Below are positions 55,049-64,000 of a stretch of 64,000 bases of DNA, piece after piece. Numbering within the stretch: position 1 is the stretch's first letter; the number at the start of each line of letters is the position of its first letter. A model generated the notes under the pieces. The model worked only from the letters and a program-made list of their open reading frames with translations. It ran no database searches and was not told where the DNA came from. The DNA is from Eledone cirrhosa (taxonomy: Eukaryota). A program made the position numbers and the translations under genes. The stretch is from NCBI GenBank assembly GCA_964016885.1, contig OZ024740.1, positions 167,152,001-167,216,000 of the forward strand, given 5' to 3'.

Positions 55049-55259
55049 GGAATAGAATGAAACGAAATTTCATTTCTCACTCTTAGTACGGTACTTACTT
55101 AATTGTAAGTATGTATGAATGTATACGTACATACATATATGTATACAGACGTACTGTAGTATGTATATATATACACACATGCACACATATATATATGCAC
55201 GTATCGGTTTACCGAACATTTATTATAATGCTCGGTTTGTTTGTTTGTAAACAAACAAA

Positions 55260-55486
55260 CAGCCGTTAATATGCATAAGGAAAGTATATACTTTCAGACG
55301 TTCAACCAGCTGGCAGGAAGGTATACGATGCTGACGATAGCTAATAAGCTTGAAACTAGTACATCGTTTCTGTGTCAGTGTTGAACAAAAAGGTGACGTG
55401 ATTGCCTATCGTCAGCATCGTATACCTTCCTGCAAGATGGTTGAACGTGTGAAAGTATATACTTTCCTTATGCATATTAACGGCTG
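55260..55486. repeat. ~80-bp inverted repeat enclosing a hammerhead
   Basis: CAGCCGTTAATATGCATAAGGAAAGTATATACTTTCA...GATGCTGACGATAG mirrored at 55406-55486. Confidence 0.85.
55325..55367 (+). ncRNA. Type I hammerhead ribozyme motif, compact and intact
   Basis: ACGATG-CTGACGA-t-AGCT-aata-AGCT-t-GAAA-CTAG-TA-CATCGT: 6-bp stem I, palindromic ACTAGT stem III, GUA triplet. Confidence 0.85.
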
Positions 55487-55723
55487 AGCAGCCTAATTTG
55501 CATATCGAGTGAGTTCAGTCGGCCGGGCCCACCGAATACGATCAATGGAATAGAATGAAACGAAATTTCATTTCTCACTCTTAGTACGGCACTTACTTAA
55601 ATGTAAGTATGTATGTATGTATACGTACATACATATATGTATACAGTCGTAAAGTAGTATGTATATATATACATACTACTGTACGTCTGAACACATATAT
55701 GTATGTACGTATACATACATACT

Positions 55724-55789
<66 letters not shown>

Positions 55790-55797
<8 letters not shown>

Positions 55798-55993
55798 AAA
55801 CCATATTTATTTCATTATACATATTTCAGGACACCAAGTTAAATTATGGTGAGCTTTCATCAGATAAAATATAATTTTATAATAGTTTCCATTTGTTAAT
55901 ATATCGTATTTTTACTCCAATAATTTGTTGAGTACTTTATATCAGTTATAAAAATATTTGCTTGTTGTATCCCAACAATTTAAATAGAACTTC

Positions 55994-55998
<5 letters not shown>
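55790..55998. mobile_element. Family B-related mini fold-back element
   Basis: Minus-strand hammerhead 55808-55871 joined to plus-strand tail 55875-55998; (TA)n on both sides. Confidence 0.75.
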
Positions 55999-56037
<39 letters not shown>

Positions 56038-56557
56038 CATAATAAGGATTGTTTTATATATATAAAGACTTGATAAAGGACTCAGAATATGAGTACATGG
56101 GCAAGTGGGCTTACGTTTCTGTTCACAATGGAGGATATTGTTATAAACGCTGTTTATAACAAACATAGTTTGCATAATGGGCGTATGTCGGTGACATTAT
56201 TAATTAGATAATTAATATTTACAGATAAAACACCAGTCTTTACAAAGATTATTATTAAGCCAACGACAACAACCCTACTCATATCTACGAGATTAACAAC
56301 AATGACGGCAGTCTATACAACTACACAAAGTTAAAATTAATATGCAAAAGACCAAAAAAGAAAGACATTCTTTTTTTTGCCAGTAATAAAGAAAGACTTA
56401 GATTAATCAAAACTAAGCGAAAGTGTAGGCGAGATATTAAATAGAGCTTCCGGTTCCCTTCCTGTTCTTTGCAGCATATGTTTGTGATGCTTCTTAACTG
56501 CTTTAATACGCTCAACTTCCACTTATAATTCACACGTTTTTACTATTCCCATTAATA

Positions 56558-56653
<96 letters not shown>

Positions 56654-56730
56654 CACTACTACTACTACTACTACTACTGATGCTGCTACTACTACTACTA
56701 CTACTACTAACACCACCACTACTACTGCTA

Positions 56731-56806
<76 letters not shown>

Positions 56807-56829
56807 AACCACCGCCACCACCACCACAG

Positions 56830-56893
<64 letters not shown>

Positions 56894-56900
56894 TACTACT
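56558..56900. repeat. (CTA)n/(CCA)n microsatellite
   Basis: Direct reading. Confidence 0.97.
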
Positions 56901-57518
56901 ATATTTTGACTCAGAGCACAGAATACACAAATCATTCTGTCCGACCTTGTATCGAATCTGCTAATTTTTACCCCTAGCCCTAGAGATAGTATGGTTATAT
57001 ACTGGAACACTTTTGAACATACCACAACACGATCTGTGCGCATCTGGGACCTACCAATCCCAACACCACCATCACCACCTGACAACTGTAATGCCTTTAA
57101 TCTTAGGTTTACGTGACAGAACCTGGCCTGGGGTGAGGTATCAGCAGAACGCCATTAATTATTCTACTATTAAAACTACTACTGCTATTGCTAGATCTTC
57201 CTTTCCCTTCTTCGTAATTCTGTCTATTGCAGCTCTATTCTTATAAAGCATGTATTTGTGTCACTTGCCCTACACTTTCTTATGAACTACAACCTCACTG
57301 TTAATGTCACCAAGTACAAAATCTCACTTTAAAATGTTGAATATCTTACGGCATTACATTTCCATTTGACATATTTCACTACTTACCGTCCTCGATTTTT
57401 CATTTTCTTTTTATATATCTTTTTCACAAACCATTCTATTTTTCTTGGCGTATTTCTGTGTTTAGTATTGCGTGCACTCTAGTTACATCAATACAGAGAG
57501 AGAGAGAGAGAAAAAGAT

Positions 57519-57551
<33 letters not shown>

Positions 57552-58130
57552 GACAGAGACATACAGACACACACAGACACACAAACACACACAAACAACA
57601 GCAAAGCCCGATCATTAAATTGACGTACAAGTGACTGAGCATCCTGCAGACTCACGGACTTTTGAGTATTATTTAATGACCTACAGCATCACACAAGTAT
57701 ATGACAATTGTGGTCATATGTAGTATTATTTGCGAGCTCAGCAGACTGGAGTAATCTGAATTAAAATGTTTTGCGCAAAGACTAAGGGCGTTCCCAAGGA
57801 TAAAACCCATGACCTTAAAATCATTAACCAAAGGACCTAACACTCTGAACACCCTGATGCACGAAATTCACTTTACAAATGGTGGTTGATGAAATGTCAA
57901 AATGGCAGCTTAAGATGACAAAAATGATACAGCACCGAACTATATACTTCCATTAATCTTTTGATGAAACAATTTTACCCCGAAATATAAGGACTGTAGG
58001 CAACTGCAAGGTAGCACCTGCTGGTAGCAGTCAACAAACATATTCTATGAGTTAGAAAATGTAAGCGACAATACCCTCATAAATACACACACACGCACAC
58101 ATACACATACACACGCACACACACACATAT

Positions 58131-58164
<34 letters not shown>

Positions 58165-58179
58165 ATATATATATGTGTG

Positions 58180-58248
<69 letters not shown>

Positions 58249-59979
58249 AATAAATATAAGGTATTGTACAAACGTAACCCCCATTCCAACCGTTAGGACT
58301 ATACTTCATAGCTATAGAAAATGTTTAACCTAATATTCATCAAGTAATTCTCACTTCTCTGATTTAAGTTTCTTCCCCGTCTTCGAACCTTTTCATGACT
58401 TGATTAGAGTGTGAATTATATTCTGTGAAAAACAGATGTCGAAATACTTCGATATATATATGCTGTTTCCTTATCAAATATAATCCCTGTAATACTGGTT
58501 GTTTCTCATTCATCATCCGGTCTTCTAATATATTTCAAAATGACTGTATTCTTCCCCCGATATCGAGGAAGGAATGGGTGCTGTGCTGGCGCGAGGGAAT
58601 TTGTGAATGGCTTATGTGGGTCCTATATAGATAATTGTAAGTGAATGCATAATAACGATGATATATGCCCAGTTCCTTCTTTTTGTAGGTCCACATAACT
58701 ATAATTCAGCAGGTGCTTATCGGCTCCCTTCGCTCTTCAATTATTTGGTAACCTTTTTACATTGGGGTTCTTGAATGTACTTATTTTGAGTGATTTTTTA
58801 TATTATTCTTATAAAAAATCATGTTGAATGTTTGACAGTCTGGTAAATATTTTCTGAAGACAGGTAAAATTATGTTTACCAAAACAAATTGTTACATCAA
58901 TATTATATGATTGGTAATATATATTAAAATCTGTTGATAATTTAGGTTATAGTTGTTCTTGGATATTGGTGAGCAATGAATATTTTGTTCGTGACTCCTG
59001 CATGTTTTTGTCTCAGTGAGTATTTACTATATTTATCGAATATGAATTTGTTTATCGTGGGCACAGAATTGTTGACATTTCGTACGACTGAGGTCTATCA
59101 TTTTTTAATCTGTGAATAGAGTGTTCTCTCGGAAAACTTGTCGCCATAAACTCAAGGATGAGAATAGCTTGAAAAATTAGAACCAATTACCTTTAATTGT
59201 TATATACTACTATTTTAAAGAAAAGCATAACAGTTTTAAAGTTCACTAGATTTTCATTTTTAAAACGTTACTTTGTTTAGGCCTAGGAAGATTTTGCACA
59301 TTTTTTTCAAAAACCACCTTGGTCTACATTTTCTGCCATGTATTTTTCAAACTAATTTTATATACTTTGTTTCGTCAAGACTAATTAACTCTCTATTTTT
59401 TTTTTTAATTTAAACTTTTTGAATTCTGTAATAATGTCACACTCGATCTTAGGCGCTAATTCGTACCAGTCTTTTTATATGATATAGTCCAATTTTGAAT
59501 AGTTCATAGAAATAGCTTTCAATTAATAATTTGTTGTAAGATCCTTGGTCATTCTACTTCCCACATAACCCATGTGCATCCATATCACAGCATTATGTTA
59601 ACGCATGTGTTGATTACCAACGTTTCATATTTCGATTCAGTGTATATATAGCCTTTTGAAGTGTTTCTTCATAAACGTTTCTTTTGTCACTTCCTACACA
59701 ACTGCATTAAATTTGAGAATTGTGTCGTATTTACCAGTAAAAGCTAGGGAAAATCTATAATACTAATTATACATACCGCAATGTATAACTATGACCACCG
59801 GCATTTTAAGAATAATAACTGCGAGGAAATACTTAACGTCAGGAAATATCTCGCGGGTTTAGTATTTTAACAATGGTTTAAAGTAAAACGACATTTACAA
59901 ATTGGATTTATATATGGAATGTTCAGCTGGCTTGTTCCTGCAAGTAAATCGCATAAATTCAAGTAGTATAATATGATTG

Positions 59980-60110
59980 TACGTTCGCAGATTAATTAGA
60001 ACGCCGGATAAAATGGTTTGCGTTATTCATTCCGGCTCTAAGTTCAAATCCTCCGGAGGTCAACTTTGCCTTTCATCCTTTCGAAATCGCTAAATAAAAT
60101 AACAGTCCTG
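59980..60110 (+). mobile_element. Diverged tRNA-derived SINE
   Basis: AGTTCAAATCC...GAGGTCAACTTTGCCTTTCATCCTTTCG. Confidence 0.75.
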
Positions 60111-62062
60111 CAACTGGATTGTGTCTTCTTACATATCTCGTTCTCAATTCCGCTCAAACACTTTTTCTCCTTCTCTGGTAGGAATCTATTGTGTCAAGTC
60201 TGGAGAGGCATGAGCTCCGCCAGGTTTACAATGCAATGATAACATCATGACTTCATCAATAGTTACGACTCTATATATACATAAATAATGAAACGCAGGA
60301 AAATGAAATTAAGTTCAAATACTCAAAGGTGACTGTGATGGAATATTCATAATGTTTGTAAATATTTAAGTTGTTATGTTTGTAAATTAAGAGACGCCTG
60401 TATTGTGTCCTTCCTAGTTGTATCAATTATTTTAATGTACTAATTTTCTGATATGATGTAATTACTTTTCGCTGGAGGCAAGTTTATAATTCCGTTTTAT
60501 GATTATATTCTAATGTGTTATATCGAAAAAGAATTTATTATGTCTTGCGCAGCATGGTGAAGAAAAGATGTAATATTACAGTGCATAACACCATTGTTGC
60601 TAAAGACGATGTAAATGTTAATTTTAATATTGAAATAAATTATATTTAAAGCAAAATATTCGCCTCTATTCATCTTCTTCTGTTGGGAGCTTAATTGGTG
60701 ATATGGTCATATGCTATCCAGGACCAGGTCGTTTGAATTCCCAATTTGTAACGATACAAGGTAAAGTTCATTAACTATGAGTCATTGCGTAGTAATGAAT
60801 CAATAAAAATATCGGATAGGTTTGCAATTACACTTTCATAAACGATCACCCACAGGTTAGAATTATCCGTGTTAGATGAACCCCACGCTGATACAGTTGA
60901 CCTAGCGCAAATTCTTAGGATCAGTGACTGATATGATTAGTGTCATAAAACGTCTGCTGAAATTTACGTCATGTTTCTCAAGAGCTCGACGTATTTATTT
61001 ATATATTTATTTGTTTAATCATTTTCGTTTGGATCATAATGCTAATACCATATAAGTTATGAAACCACGACTGTACCACCACTATTACCATTATAATTTC
61101 TACTAGGATTTCGAAAATGGTGGCTGATATTTCCAAGTGAATAAGCAATGGAAATACTATTAACATAGTCAAAACACTTTATTACTCTTCCAAGCAATAA
61201 CATTTCCAGAAAGACAAGACTACAAAACACACTATTTAAAAATACCATATTCACCTTTACCCCTAAGAAATTGTACATACATGAATCACAACAATTCGAT
61301 TTCGAATACGAACAATATATTACTGCAACCAAATACATGTTGTCATATGCTATCACGAACCATCACCATCAACAAATTCTTATTCAACCAGCACAGAAAT
61401 AACTGATTCCTAGAAAATATCAAAACAACTATCAAGACAAGCACAAATAGTTTAATCACGACTACCAACATTAACACTAGCAAAACCCCACCAATAACCG
61501 CTACAAACAAAACAGCTTGACAACCATCAATCAACAGAACCACTACTAGAATTGTTCAACAAGCATGAATCAATTCAAACACCACTACCACTACTATTAA
61601 TATAGCAGCCTCACAACTACCATCGCCATAGCAGCAGCACCAGTAACATTCCCATCTGACCACAGTTTTCACAGACAGCATAAATGTTAAACAAACTATC
61701 ATATATAATGTTTCCCAACATACATATATTATTAATTAATAAATGATCCACGTTTTTTAAGAATGTAAAACATATCGTGTGGTATATATTTTTAATAAAC
61801 ATTCAATTTCAGCATACCTATTTTCGTAATCAAAGTAGAATGGAACCAATATGATATACTAGTTTATCTGTGTTCGAGTTTGTATACGATATGAATCTCT
61901 ATAATCTAATTATCTCTCAGAAGTCGGGGAGGAGTATTCGTCCTCTGATGCAAGTCTAAGAAGTTTAGAAAATAGTCAAATCTTCTGCGCTAGTGGTGTT
62001 GACGCCATTCACCAACGTGGTTAAACACACGCGGGACACCCCTACCCCCCAACACACACATA

Positions 62063-62122
<60 letters not shown>

Positions 62123-62679
62123 GGTGTGTATATGTGTGTGTGTGGGGTGGGTGGGGGGGGTCTGTGTGTGTGTGTGTGTGTGAGAGGGAATTCAATGAAA
62201 TTTTGATTCTACGAAGCATTTTCATAATGCCTTTAAAGATAAATTCAATTATATCCCCAGATTAAACGAGTAACAAAACAAGAAGCGTAGTGCAATCACA
62301 TTTACATCTCATTCTTATCTAATACATACATATATAATATAACACACACACACACACTCATATATATATATATATACATATAATGGTTTTATGCGATCGA
62401 CAAGATCCTAGACTTCACCCGCTAACAGTGTTGAGTGGAACACATCATATCGGAACACGGAAACAATATTTCCATTTGTCTTTTCATTTCTGATATTATC
62501 TGCCGGCAACAGTTTTTGACAGAAAGAGCAATGTGTATAACATTTCTTGCTCGAATAAAAAAGCCTTCGCCCAACCAGGAAATCGTACCCGTAACCGCAC
62601 GAATGCGAATCCAATTATTTCGCATTATGTCACACGTCTGTACACATGCACACACATACACACAGGCACACACGCACGC

Positions 62680-62714
<35 letters not shown>

Positions 62715-62869
62715 GGATCTGCTGATTTGGGGGATTTCATTTGTTTTAGGTAGTCTGAAGCTGGAGCTAACTATATATTGTGATATGTTTACTGATCAGT
62801 CAATCTCTTAACACAAACATAAGTATGGAAGTCTTTGTATTGGAAGAGTGTTCATATTAGAGCCTATTA

Positions 62870-63340
62870 CTAGATTATATGTCAAATAACCCTTTTCTGT
62901 CCGCATTCAGCTCAGGATGCCCCATCTTTCCAATCAATCCTTTCCATATCAGGTGATAAGTACCAATATGCACATTAAAGGTTTTACTTAGGATATATGT
63001 CTCAGTCCTAACTACATCTAACATTGAAGTGACTTCTTCAAGGAAGTATTTTTATTCGGAATCTTTTTGTTGACTATCCACAAGACTTTTCTTTCAGCTT
63101 AAACTTCAAGAGGCAAATCCACCTTCGCATTGGGATCTATTTCATAAGTTATTCTAATAGCCAGGCATTTGTCAGTATTCCTAAATGTGCATTCATATGT
63201 GGGTCCACACATGAATAGAAAGTTTCAATCGTCCAGCCATATCTATGGTACTATATCTCACCGGTAACGTTTGGCATCCTCAACTAGATCCTGCTCCTTA
63301 TGTTTAAGGGTTGCAACATCCATCTTGACAGTGTTTGAAA
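62870..63340 (-). pseudogene. RTE-type LINE APE endonuclease remnant
   Basis: DVATLKHKEQDLVEDAKRYR*DIV; LKLFYSCVD; FLEEV...TFNVHIG...WKGLIGK; GHPELNAD; similar to 52337-52680. Confidence 0.75.
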
Positions 63341-64000
63341 TTGTTTGCTCGCTTCTGGACAATATTTGTCATCTCGGGTTAAGCAAACTTTGTGCGCCCA
63401 TACGACGCTTCACAGGACAGGTCACACGTCACATTTACAATTTTGGAATGAGAGACCAGTGTAATTTTCAAACAGACACTACTACCTTCTCGAAGAACAA
63501 TGCCATATGTTTGCATTATTGCATCTGACCATACGATCGCGAATATAAGTGGACAAAATATGTCCCACCGAAAGGGTTTCTGACTAACGTTATTCGATAG
63601 GCTGAGTCGTTGGATATCAAGGAGTCGTTTAAGGTAGAGACTCTCATTTTCGAATAGAAAGCCACAGCTCCAGCACAAGCGAAATGAGGTGAGACTGACT
63701 AAGGATAACATCACTGGACTGATTTTACATGCAAAGCCAACCGGAAGGTGACCCAGAGGTAGCTCACGAGCAAGATACCCAACAAAATCAGAATATTTTT
63801 ATTTTTAAGAATATGAAATAGGAAATTAAATATATCAACTACAGTTCGTGGCTGGTATTAATTTATCAAATACTAAGTTAATCATGATGGGATTGGAACG
63901 CTAAAATGGAATATTATAAGTTACTTAGTTTGGCGCTCTACTGATTCTGCAATCAATAGTAAACTACTTGAAGGAAATATTAATTAGATTTATCGCTTAT

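Noticed and set aside
56403-56525. Minus-strand frame VEVERIKAVKKHHKHMLQRTG as a possible exon
   Set aside because: No polypyrimidine acceptor, an upstream in-frame stop, and no recognisable homology.
56523-57085. Poly-Ser, poly-Val and poly-Leu ORFs
   Set aside because: (CTA)n microsatellite open in several frames.
56978-57116. SVRIWDL, a WD40-like peptide after an acceptor-like site
   Set aside because: Single short motif, no GH dipeptide or further repeats, no convincing donor.

Overview
Very AT-rich, microsatellite-saturated eukaryotic DNA with no recognisable intact host gene. The composition and SINE types suggest a mollusc, probably a coleoid cephalopod such as octopus (inference, not verified). 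Most ORF-track entries are translations of (TA)n, (CA)n, (GA)n, (CAT)n or (CTA)n. The dominant real signal is a dense set of Penelope-like retroelement (PLE) relics from several families. About 16 insertions (0.2-3 kb) sit in or next to (TA)n tracts and share one asymmetric fold-back layout: a copy with a 3' tail joined to an inverted copy lacking the tail. About 14 well-formed type I hammerhead ribozyme motifs lie in these termini, many with palindromic stem III. A second class of palindrome is centred on (TA)n tracts and appears nested around 1.9-9.2 kb. Also present are tRNA-derived SINEs (three with clear target-site duplications), R4/Dong-like and RTE-like LINE relics, and a deleted mariner element. 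All pairings and translations were read by eye; boundaries are approximate unless stated as exact.
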